Below are positions 37,956-49,522 of a stretch of 64,000 nt of DNA, piece by piece. A program made the position numbers and the translations under genes. The stretch spans positions 81,716,001-81,780,000 of the forward strand of contig JAGIQG010000009.1 in the NCBI GenBank assembly GCA_024679065.1. Direction: 5' to 3'. The stretch is from Sphyrna mokarran. Taxonomy: Eukaryota. Under the pieces are notes generated by a model that had not been told where the DNA came from, made no database searches, and saw only the letters and a list, made by a program, of their open reading frames with translations. Positions within the stretch are counted from its first letter, which is position 1; each line of letters opens with the position of its first letter.

Positions 37956-40612
37956 TTTAATAATTCCTACTTTACACAATGTCCCATTCTGTGTGTTGAA
38001 GTCTGGATCCTGTCAGCAGGATATTTGACTGCAAGAGCCTTCACCACTGAGTCTAATTCTGTCCCAACCAAAATCCACACAGAATCTGAATTTATATAGC
38101 ACCGTATTGTACAACATAGCCCATTATGTTTCACAGAGCAGCATAAGAGGAATGAGGGAGGGGCTGGGGGTAGTTTAGGAAGAGAGATCGAAGGCTTGGG
38201 TGAAAGAATGGAGTTTGTTGGGGAAAAAGATTTGGAGAGGGGGAGGGATTAAGGGTCGGAGGGCAGAGAGCAGGACCTGAATGTTTGAAGACTCTGCTGT
38301 CAATGGTGGGATGAAGGAAGCAGCGTTGGGCCAGGGAACAGAATCAACAGATGGAAGGTGAGGGAGAAATGTGAATCCGGAACACAGGAGTAGGGAGGAG
38401 TGAGGCCATGGAGGGAATTGGAGAGCAGTGAGGTCAGGGGCAAAAGGTAAATGAAGTCAGGGGTAATAGATCACTGGGGTCAGGGGTGGTTGACCACTGA
38501 GGTCAGGGGTGATAGTCAGTGAGGTCAGGGGTGATAGATCACAGAGGTGGGGGTGGTGTTCGAACGACACTTGGTGTGAGACAGAGTCTGGGCCTACTGC
38601 ATTTGTGACAAGCTGAGGTTTACGGAGTGTGGATAAGGGGAGCTGGTAAGGGATATCGGAATAACAGAGTTAGTAGGTGGGACATGCAGGGACAAGGGGG
38701 TTACTGTGCTTAAAGGAATGATGTAGTGTAGAGAAGGACAATTTTGTGGAAATAAGAGACTGAGGTGATGGAGAGGATGAAGTTCAGCTACTGGAGGGTC
38801 CAGTGGGAAGGAGGCCCATGGTTACTGGTCCCTATTGGAGGTTCCAGTGGGACATCGACATCATGGTCGATGTGGAGCAGTTTCTTCCTGTTATACATAT
38901 CTCATTGTCCATCTTTGTGGAGGTCACAAAATGGATAAAGGGGAACTTATAGCTGTCATGTACAGGGAATTTGAAAAGGTATTTGATAAATTACCACATG
39001 AAATGTTACTACACAAGATATAATGGTGTGTGGGTAAGAAGATGGTGTGTGGGGAACATATTAGCATTGATAGATGATTGGTTAGCTCACAAAAATGAGA
39101 GGGAGGGAATAAATGATTGATTTGAGGTTGGGAAGCTGTAATTAGCGGAATTTGGGTTAATCAGTGCTGGGACCACAACTATTCACAATCCATATGAATG
39201 ACTTGGATGAAGGGAATGAATGGAACTAATGTTCCAATGACACTAAGATTGGTGGGAAAAGTAAATTATCAAGAGGAGGTGCAGAGTTTGCAAAGGGATA
39301 GAGACAAGGGAAATGAGTGGCTAAATATGTGAAGTACAACCTGTGTAAATGTGAAGGTGTCCACTTTGACGGGAAGAATAGAAAAGCAGTAAACTATAGA
39401 AATGGAGAGAGATTGCACAACTCGGTGCTACAGAGGGATCTGGCTGTCCTGGGACATGAATCACAAAAAGTTAGTCTGCAGCTACAGCAAGTGATTAGGA
39501 AGAGAAATGGAATGTTGGTGTTTATTTCAAGGAGAATGGAATATAAAAATAGAGAAGTTTTACAGCAGCAGTGAGACCACATCTGGAATACTGAGTACAG
39601 TTTTGGTCTCTTTATTTGGAAAAGGACATCATTGTGTTAGAAGTTCAGAGAAGATTCACTCGACACATTTCTGAGTTGAGGGGTTATCATTTGAAGAAAA
39701 GTTGGAAAGGTTAGGCCTGAACCCATTGGAGTTCAGAACAATGAAAGATGATCTTATTGACCCATATCAGATTATGAGGGGATTAACAGAGTGGACACCA
39801 GGAAGATGGTGCCTCTTCTAGGGCAGAGTGAGATGTGAATACAGAGGAACAAAGAGAAACAGCGATGTGCCAGAGGGATCGATGCTGGTTCGACTGTTAT
39901 TTGTCATTTATAGTCATGATTTGGTTGAGAATATAGGAGTAATGGTTAATACATTTGCAGATGATACCAAGGTTGGTGGCATAGTGGACAGTGAAGAAAG
40001 TATCTCCAATTGCAAACAGAATTGGACCAGTGAGCTGACGAATGACAACTGAGTTTAATTTCGATAAATGCGAGGTGATATATTTTGGTAGATTGAACCA
40101 GGGCAGGACTTACTCAGTTACTGATAGGGCACTGGGGAGAGTTACAGAACAAAGAAATCTAGGAGTACATGTTCATAGCTCCTTGAAAGTGGAGTCACAG
40201 GTGGACAGAGTGGTGAGGAAGGCATTCAGCATGCTTGGTTTCATTGGTCAGAACATTGAACACAGCAGTCAGAACGCTATGTTGAAGTTGTACAAGACAT
40301 TGGTAAGACCACACTTGGAATACAATTCTGGTCACCCTATTATAGAAAGGAGATTATTAAACTAGAAAGAGTGCAGAAAAGACTAGGATGCTACAGGACT
40401 TGATGGTTTGGGTTATCAGGAGAGGTTGGATCGACTGGGACTTTTTTGTCTGGACTATAGAAGGCTGAGGGGTGAACTTATGGACATCAATAAAATAATG
40501 AAGGGCATAGATCATCGAGATAATTTATATCTTTTCTCAAAGGTAGGGGATTCTCTAACTGGAGGACATAAGTTTAAGGTGAGAGGGGAGAGATACAAAA
40601 TTGTCCAAATAG

Positions 40613-42748
40613 AACATAGAACATAGAACAATACAGCACAGAACAGGCCCTTCGGCCTTCGATGTTGTGCCGACCAAAATAAAAAGCAATGCCCCTCCAA
40701 ACTAAACCATTCCCTTCTCTTCCATATACTTATCAATTAACCTCTTAAACGCCACCAAACTTGGCGCATCTACAACAGCTGCAGGCAGGGCATTCCACTC
40801 CCTAATCACTCTTTGAGTAAAGAACCTACCTCTGATATCCGTCCTATAACTCATACCCCTTAATTTAAAGCTGTGTCCCCTCGTGCTAGCTTTCTATTTA
40901 GCTAATTGGATTAGAAATTGGCTGGCAGATAGAAGACAGAGGGTGGTGGTTGATGGGAGATTTTCATCGTGGAGTTCGTTGACGAGTGGTGTGCCTCAGG
41001 GGTCTGTTTTGGGGCCCCTGCTGTTTGTAATTTTTATAAATGATCTGGATGAGGGTATTGAGGGATGGATCAGTAAATTTGCAGATGATACTAAAATTGG
41101 TGGTGTGGTAGATAGTGAAGAAGGGTGTTTTAGTTTACAGAGTGACTTGGACAAGTTGCAGAGCTGGGCCGAGAGGTGGCAAATGGAGTTTAATGTGGAA
41201 AAGTGTGAGGTAATGCACTTTGGCAGGAACAATAAATGTGTAGAGTATAGGGCTAAGGGTAGGGCTCTTAATAGTGTTGAGGAACAGAAGGATCTTGGTG
41301 TATGTGTCAATAGATCCCTGAAAGTAGGCAGTCAAGTGGATAAAGTTGTTAAGAAGGCATATGGAGTCTTAGCTTTTATTGGTAGGGGGATTGAATTTAG
41401 GAGCCGCAGCATCATGTTGCAACTGTACAAAACTCTAGTGCGGCCGCACTTGGAGTATTGTGTGCAGTTCTGGTCCCCACATTATAAGAAAGATTGGAGG
41501 CATTGGAGAGGGTACAGAGGAGGTTTACCAGGATGTTGCCTGGTATGGAGGGCAGGTCCTATGAGGAGAGGTTGAAGGATTTGGGGTTGTTTTCGTTAGA
41601 AAGGAGGCGGCTAAGAGGGGATCTTATTGAAGCATATAAGATGATTAGAGGTTTAGATAGGGTGGACAGTGATAGCCTTTTTCCTAGGATGGAGAAAGCT
41701 AGCACGAGGGGACACAGCTTTAAATTAAGGGTAATGAGTTATAGGATGGATATCAGAGGTAGGTTCTTTACTCAAAGAGTGATTAGGGAGTGGAATGCCC
41801 TGCCTGCAGCTGTTGTAGATGCGCCAAGTTTGGTGGCGTTTAAGAGGTTAGTTGATAAGGATATGGATGGGAAGGGAATGGTTTAGTTAGGAGGGGCATT
41901 GCTTTTTATTTTGGTCGGCACAACATCGAAGGCCGAAGGGCCTGTTCTGTGCTGTATTGTTCTATGTTCTATGTTCTATGTTCTCCATCCTAGGAAAAAG
42001 GCTATCACTGTCCACCCTATCTAAACCTCTAATCATCTTATATGCTTCAATAAGATCCCCTCTTAGCCGCCTCCTTTCTAACGAAAACAACTCAAATCCT
42101 TCAACCTCTCTTCATAGGACCTGCCCTCCATACCAGGCAACATCCTGGTAAACCTCCTCTGTACCCTCTCCAATGCCTCCACATCTTTCTTATAATGTGG
42201 CGACCAGAACTGCACACAATACTCCAAGTGCGGCCGCACTAGAGTTTTGTACAGTTGCAACATGATGCTGCGGCTCCTAAATTCAATCCCCCTACCAATA
42301 AAAGCTAAGACTCCATATGCCTTCTTAACAACTTTATCCACTTGACTGCCTACTTTCAGGGATCTATTGACACATACACCAAGATCCTTCTGTTCCTCAA
42401 CACTATTAAGAGCCCTACCATTAGCCCTATACTCTACACATTTATTGTTCCTGCCAAAGTGCATTACCTCACACTTTTCCACATTAATCTCCATTTGCCA
42501 CCTCTCGGCCCAGCTCTGCAACTTGTCCAAGTCACTCTGTAAACTAAAACACCCCTCTTCACTATCTACCACACCACCAACTTTAGTATCATCTGCAAAT
42601 TTACTGATCCATCCCTCAATACCCTCATCCAGATCATTTATAAAAATTACAAACAGCAGGGGCCCCAAAACAGACCCCTGAGGCACACCACTCGTCACCG
42701 AACTCCACGATGAATATCTCCCATCAACCACCACCCTCTGTCTTCTAT
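40613..42748 (-). mobile_element. 5'-truncated CR1 LINE, (TTCTATG)n tail; unit-B specific
   Basis: ORF 42078-42734; 3' end at 40613-40895; empty site TCCAAATAGGCAATG at 9241-9255. Confidence 0.9.
40896..41984 (+). mobile_element. Same-family CR1 copy nested in the opposite orientation
   Basis: ORFs 40883-41575 and 41494-41886; has its own tail; host resumes CCATCCTAGG at 41985. Confidence 0.9.
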
Positions 42749-43390
42749 GGGCAATGTTTTCACACAGAGGATGGTGAGTGTCTGGAACAAGCTGCCAGAG
42801 GTAGTAACAGACGCGGATATAATTTTATCTTTTAAAAAGCATTTAGCAGTCACAGGGGTAAGATGGGTATAGACAGATATGGGCCAAATGCAGCAATTGG
42901 AGTTCAGGGTTTAAAAAAAGGGCAGCATGGACAAGTTGGGCTGAAGGGCCTGTTTCCTTGACTCTATGAGATAAAGTGAAGCAGAAACTGAGAGGAATAG
43001 AGGGAGGGAGAATGAGAAGAGAAAAAGAAAGAGTGAATTAGAGAGTGAACAAAGAGTGTGAGACAGAAAAGACAAGAAAGGGAGATAGTGAGTGTTTGAT
43101 GGACAGAAACATTGACAAATGGAGAGTTACTCAGAGAATAAAAGTGACAGCATTGAGGGAGTGATATCAAAAGAATGAGGGACAGATATCGAAGGAGTAA
43201 GACTGAGAGTGAGAGAGAGACTGAGGGACCAATATTGAGAGAGAGAGGGAGACAGCAAGTGAGGGAGAGATATTGAGAGAGTAAAAAATAGAGACTGAGG
43301 GATCGAGTCTGAGGGACAGAGACTGAAGGACAGAGACTCTCAGTCTCTGTCCCTCAGCCTCTGTCCCTCAGACACTCTGGAGAGAGAAGA

Positions 43391-43487
43391 AGAGGAAGTG
43401 AAAGGTGCTGACGTGGTTTCTCTGGGTCGGACCATTTACAAACTGAGGAACAGGCAGTGAGACTCTCACAGGCTGCAGCTTTATAAA
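43391..43487 (+). promoter_or_regulatory. V kappa promoter, cluster 2
   Basis: Near-identical to 9986-10082; TATAAA 43482-43487. Confidence 0.7.
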
Positions 43488-43547
43488 GCAGAGCCCAGTG
43501 AAGGGAGAGTTTATCAGTAACCAGGCACAGGGACACGAGCACACACC

Positions 43548-43596
43548 ATGATTTCAGCCATCCAGCTGCTCTGGCCTCTGGCATTCTGCATCGCAG
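43548..43596 (+). CDS. IGKV: Ig light-chain leader exon, cluster 2
   Basis: Identical to the cluster 1 leader; GT at 43597, AG at 43781-43782. Confidence 0.93.
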
Positions 43597-43782
43597 GTAC
43601 TAATCTCTCTCCTTCCACCTTGAATATTTTCCTGCTCTCCATTTCAATCCAATTCTGCTGACTTGTGATTGAAGGGAAAATGTTGAAAGGAGAGGAACAG
43701 TCAGTGTCTCCAACAATATCTCATTGTACAGCCTCTTTCTGTGACAGTTCTGACTTCACTCTGTTTCTCTATTACCCCTCAG

Positions 43783-44080
43783 GTATCAATGGAGAGATCA
43801 TCATGACCCAGACTCCCCCAGTGCTGTCAGTGAGCCTGGGCCAGACCGCCACCATCACCTGTACGGCCAGTCAGTCTGTTAGCAATTACGTGGCTTGGTA
43901 CCAACAGCGAGAAGGACAGAAACCGGCTCTGCTGATCTATGATGCATCAAATCGATTCACAGGAGTATCCGACCGATTCAGCGGCAGTGGATCTGGGACA
44001 AGTTTCACCCTGAAAATCAGCAATGTTCAGAATGAGGATGTCGCTGATTATTACTGTCAGCAACGTCAGACCTCCCCCTA
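43783..44080 (+). CDS. IGKV: Ig kappa-type V exon, cluster 2 (germline, intact)
   Basis: [37 protein letters not shown], then 12-RSS. Confidence 0.97.
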
Positions 44081-44108
44081 CACAGTGATACAGAGCCTTA
44101 CAAAAACC
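44081..44108 (+). other. 12-spacer RSS
   Basis: CACAGTG-ATACAGAGCCTT-ACAAAAACC. Confidence 0.98.
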
Positions 44109-44113
44109 CCAAC

Positions 44114-45826
44114 ACACACAGCACCACCTCCTGTACTAACACATCCCACAGTTTCATGTAATATATAATAATGGACACACAGTCCCACCTCTTGTACTGA
44201 CACATCCCACAGTTTTATATAATATATAATAATGGACACACAGTCCCACCTCCTGTACTGACACATCCCACACTTTTATATAATATATAATAATGGACAC
44301 ACAGTCCCACCTCCTGTACTGACACATCCCACAGTTTTATATAATGTATAATAATGGACACACAGTCCCACCTCCTGTACTGACACATCCCACAGTTTTA
44401 TATAATATATAATAATGGACACACAGTCCCACCTCCTGTACTGACACATCCCACAGTTTTATATAATATATAATAATGGACACACAGTCCCACCTCCTGT
44501 ACTGACACATCCCACAGTTTTATATAATATATAATAATGGACACACAGTCCCACCTCCTGTACTGACACATCCCACAGTTTTATATAATATATAATAATG
44601 GACACACAGTCCCACCTCCTGTACTGACACATCCCACAGTTTTATATAATATATAATAATGGACACACAGTCCCACCTCCTGTACTAACACATCCCACAG
44701 TTTTATATAATATATAATAATGGACACACAATCCCACCTCCTGTACTGACACATCCCACAGTTTTATATAATATATAATAATGGACACACAGTCCCACCT
44801 CCAATACTGACACATCCCACAGTTTTATATAATATATAATAATGGACACACAGTCCCACCTCCTGTACTGACACATCCCACGGTTTTATATAATATATAA
44901 TAATGGACACACAGTCCCACCTCCTGTACTGACACATCCCACAGTTTTATATAATATATAATAATGGACACACAGTCCCACCTCCTGTACTGAAACATCC
45001 CACAGTTTTATATAATATATAACAATGGACACACAGTCTCACCTCCTGTACTGACACATCCCACAGTTTTACATAATATATAATAATGGACACACAGTCC
45101 CACCTCCTGTAGTGACACATCCCACAGTTTTATATAATATATAATAATGGACACACAGTCCCACCTCCTGTACTGACACATCCCACAGTTTTACATAATA
45201 TATAATAATGGACACACAGTCCCACCTCCTGTACTGACACATCCCACACTTTTATATAATATATAATAATGGACACACAGTCCCACCTCCTGTACTGACA
45301 CATCCCACAGTTTTATATAATATATAATAATGGACACACAGTCCCACCTCCTGTACTGACACATCCCACAGTTTTATATAATATATAATAATGGACACAC
45401 AGTCCCACCTCCTGTAGTGACACATCCCACAGTTTTACATAATATATAATAATGGACACACAGTCCCACCTTCTGTACTGACACATCCCACAGTTTCATA
45501 TAATATATAATAATGGACACACAGTCCCACCTCCTGTACTGACACATCCCAGAGTTTTATACAATATATAATAATGGACACACAGTCCCACCTCTTGTAC
45601 TGAGATATCCCATAGTTTTATACAATATATAATAATGGACACACAGTCCCACCTCTTGTACTGAGATATCCCACAGTTTTATATAATATATAATAATGGA
45701 CACACAGTCCCACCTCCTGTACTGACACATCCTACAGTTTTATCTTACATATAATAATGGACACACAGTCCCACCTCCTGTACTGACACATCCCACAGTT
45801 TTATATAATATATAATAATGGACACA
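44114..45826. repeat. 61-bp minisatellite between V and J, about 28 units
   Basis: Same unit as 10711-11465. Confidence 0.97.
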
Positions 45827-46039
45827 CTGTGGTGTCCACCGCTCACTGAAGGCCTCGTGTTTCTCCCTTATTCTCCATGTTCACATGTGAAGAGCAGCTG
45901 AAATATTTATCATCTCACATTAGAATTCTAAACACTCCCAATAAAACACAGGGATATTGAGAGTAACAGAGTGAGAGAAACAGGGAGACAGAAAGAGTGA
46001 GAGAGAAAGAGATGAGTGAGTGAGTGAGTCAGAGACAGA

Positions 46040-46078
46040 GGTTTTTGTACAGCTCCTGCACTGGAAGCTGTCAGTGTG
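46040..46078 (-). other. 23-spacer RSS of J
   Basis: GGTTTTTGT + 23 nt + CAGTGTG, identical to cluster 1. Confidence 0.96.
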
Positions 46079-46113
46079 CCTTACGTTTGCTAAAGGAACC
46101 AAACTCAGACTGA
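46079..46113 (+). CDS. IGKJ: J kappa segment, cluster 2 (LTFAKGTKLRL; non-canonical FAXG)
   Basis: Paralog of 11792-11826; donor GTAAGT at 46114. Confidence 0.95.
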
Positions 46114-47190
46114 GTAAGTAAAGCCCAATCCTCCGTTATTAACCCTTTCAATGCTGAAACTTCCTCAAACACAAATACTGAATAGTTGAAGGTGTTAGTG
46201 AGGAAGTTACAGTCAATGAAATGATTGATTGAAGAACATTGTGTAGAACAGGGAGTCCAGCTGTATTTCTTTCCTTCCATTCCCCCCTTTAAACAGCAAG
46301 ATTTCAGTAAGCAACTTTTACCCACCGTGTGGAGGAGATCTGGACGTTTGCAGACTGTGTTCACATTCCTGCAGCATGGAGTGAAATCACTCTCTAGACT
46401 CCTGTCGGTCTCAGTGTGACACACACAGGCAGAGTTTGATGTGAAGTTGAACTCTCTGTCTCACTCTCTGATATCACTGATCACAGCAGCAGCACAGTGA
46501 GACACCGAGGTGCCACCTGCCCCAGCTTTCACTCTGCTCTCTCCACTCCCTGCTTATCTCTTGCTGAAGTTCTGATGACAAACAGCCACAGCAGGGCTCA
46601 CAATCCAGTGGCTTCAGTGTTCCAGGCTTTTGTTACTTTCTCTTTGGGATGAGTTCAATCCGACATTTATCCTGGATCCAACATCACTGATAATGCTGAT
46701 TGTTCTCATTGCTGTGTGTGGGATCTTGCTGTGTACATGTTGTGACCAGTCCTCAGACAGGATCCCTCATTTGTTAACTGCCTGAACTGGATCCCAATTT
46801 TGTGTTCCTCTGGGTGAGGAATAATCAGCTGGAATCCTGCCCTCGATTGGTCACAACAGGGATCATTTAAAATCGATCACTTCACTCATGGAAACCTTAC
46901 ACAGTCCGTGTAGTTTTTTATTAGTCATTGAATCCCTACAGTGCAGGAGGAGGCTATTCCGTCCATCCACAGAATTACGAGAGACAGAGAGAGGGTAGAT
47001 ATGAGGAAACTTTTCTCTTAAATAACAGAGGCAGCAGAGACGTGAGGGAAATCTTTTCACCCGATTCTCCAAAAGAGCTTCTTACCCAGGCTCCCTGTCA
47101 CCCTGCGCATTTACCATTGTTAACCCACCTAAAGAACATACTAGGGGCAATTTAGCATGGTCAATCCATCTAACCTGCAGATTTTTGCAA

Positions 47191-47397
47191 TTACTCAGAG
47201 GACAGTGAGAACGTGGAATGCTCTGCCTGCAGCAGTGGTGGACTCGCCAATTTTAAAAGCATTCAAATGGTCAGTGGATAGGCATATGAATAATATTGGA
47301 ATAGTTTAGGTTAGAGGGTCATTAGATTGGTTTCATTGGTCAGCACAACATTGAGGGCCGAAGGGCCTGTACTGCACTGTAATGTTCTATGTTCTAT
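47191..47397 (+). mobile_element. Short CR1 3' end
   Basis: TGGAATGCTCTGCCTGCAGCAG..GGGCCGAAGGGCCTGT..GTTCTATGTTCTATG. Confidence 0.75.
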
Positions 47398-48619
47398 GCA
47401 TGTCGGAATTTTCCAGAAGATGGTAATTTTACATTCTCATCATTTACCTCTTGGCTCAGTCAGAGTGCCATAGAAATTTACAGCACTGAAAAAAGCCCTT
47501 CAGCCCATCCTGTCTCTGCTGGCCATCAAGCTCCTAACTATTCCAAACACATTTTCCAACACTTGATCCGTAGCCTTGTATGCTTTGGAATTCCAAATGC
47601 TCATCTCAATATTTCTTAAATGTTGTGAGGGTTCCTGCCTCTAGCACCCTTTCAGATAGTGAGTTCCAGATTCCCAACACCCTCCGAGTGAAAAGGTTTT
47701 TCCTCCAATCCCTCAAAATCTTCTGCTTCTGAAATTAAATCTATGCTCCCTGGTTTTTGAATCTACTGCTAAAAGGGGAAAAGTTCCTTCGTATCTGCTC
47801 TATGTCTTCATAATTCTGACCTGCTGCAGTTATACAGGGCTTTGATGAGGCAGCACTGGGAATATTGTACACAGTTTTGGTCTCCCTATCTCAGGAAGGA
47901 TATTTTTGCTCTTGAGAGAGTGCAGAGAAGGTATCCCAGACAGATTCCTGTTATAATGGGACTGATGTATGAGAAGAGATTGAGTTGATTAAGACTTATA
48001 TTCATTAGAGTTCAGAGGAATGAGGAAACAACTCATGGAGACTTATAACATTCTAACAGGTTAGGGGGAATAGTGAGATAAATACGTGGGGTTTATGGGA
48101 TAAGAGTTGATGCAGACTGGATGGGCTGAATGGTCTCCATCTGCACTTTAGAGATTCTATTGTCCATGTCTGTGCCGGCCATTAAGCATCTATCGATTCT
48201 AATCCCATTTTCCAGCATTTGGTCCGTTGCTTTGTTTGCTTTGGAATTTCAAGTGCTCATCTAAATGCTTCTTAAATGTTGTGAAGGTTCCCACCTCCAC
48301 CATCCTTTCAGGCAGTGAGTCCCAGATTCCCAGCACCCTCTGGGTGAAAAGATTTCCCTCAATTCCCTCAGAATCTGCTGCCTCTGTGATTAAGGGGAAA
48401 AGTTTCCTCATATCTCCCCTATCCCTGTCCCTTGTAATTCTGTCTTTCTGCAGTTAGACAGGGCCTTGGTGAGACCACACTGGGAATAACGTGTAGAGTT
48501 TTATCTCCTTATCTGAGAAAGGATGCTTTTGCAACAGAGGAAGTGCAGCAAACGTTTACTGGAATGATTTCTGTGACAGTGGGATTGATGTAGGAGGAGA
48601 GATTGCATTTTTTTTTTAA

Positions 48620-48912
48620 GTTTATTTCTTAGTCACAAGTAGGATTACATTCACACTGCAATGAAGTCACTGTGAAAATAGCCACGTGGCCACATTCTGG
48701 TATCTCTTCTGTCGGAGAATTTAGCTTGGCCAATTCACCGAACCTGCACACCTTTTGGACTGTGGGAGGAAACTGTAGAACCTGTAGGAAACCTACGCAG
48801 ACATGGGAAGAATGTGCAAACTCCACACAAACAGTGAGCCAAGCTGGCAATTGAACCTGGATCCTTGGCACTGTGAGTCAGCAGTGCCAACCACTGTGTC
48901 ACCGTGCTGCCC
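48620..48912 (-). mobile_element. tRNA-derived V-SINE (HE1-like)
   Basis: Minus strand GGGGCAGCACGGTGACACAGTGG (A box), GGTTCAATTGCC (B box), V-domain, A-rich tail. Confidence 0.8.
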
Positions 48913-49522
48913 CCACTGCAGTTGAGAAGAATGAGGGGGATCACATAAAAACCTATAAAATTTCAACAAGATTAGTCAGGAGAGATACAGGAAGCATGTT
49001 CCCAATGCTGGGAGCATCCAGTTTGAGGCATCATCGTCTGAGAATATGGGGTAAACCTTTTAGGACTGAGGTGAGGAGAAATTCCTTCACCCAGTGAGGG
49101 GTAAACCTGTGCAATTCAGTATCACAGAAAGCAGGTGAGGTGAAAATATTGTACGTTTCCAAGAAGGAATTAGATATAGTTCTTGGGATGAAAAGGATGA
49201 AATAATTTGACGGGAAGGCAGGAACTGACTACTGATTGGATGATCAGCCATGATCATGATGAATAGTGGAACAGGCTCAAAGGGCCAAATGGCCTATTCC
49301 TGTTCCTATTTCCTGTGATTCTATATAGCCCAGTATTTATCACCCATCCCTAACTGTCCTGGTGAAGATGGTGCTGAGGTGATGGAATAAGTTCTACTTC
49401 AATAAGGATCAGCCCAACCTGCTCAAGCTTTCCTCATAAGACAATTCCTTACTCAGTGGAATCAGCCCAGGGAACCATCTCAGAACTCTTTCCAATTCTA
49501 CTATATCTTTCCTTCAGTAAGG

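Noticed and set aside
44114-45826. CRISPR-like array
   Set aside because: Units are identical end to end with no unique spacers, there are no cas genes, and the context is eukaryotic; it is a minisatellite
45825-45831. Perfect CACTGTG at the end of the cluster 2 array (also 17141-17147) as an extra J/D RSS
   Set aside because: No nonamer at 12 or 23 nt and no FGXG after it; the 45825 copy arises at a deletion junction
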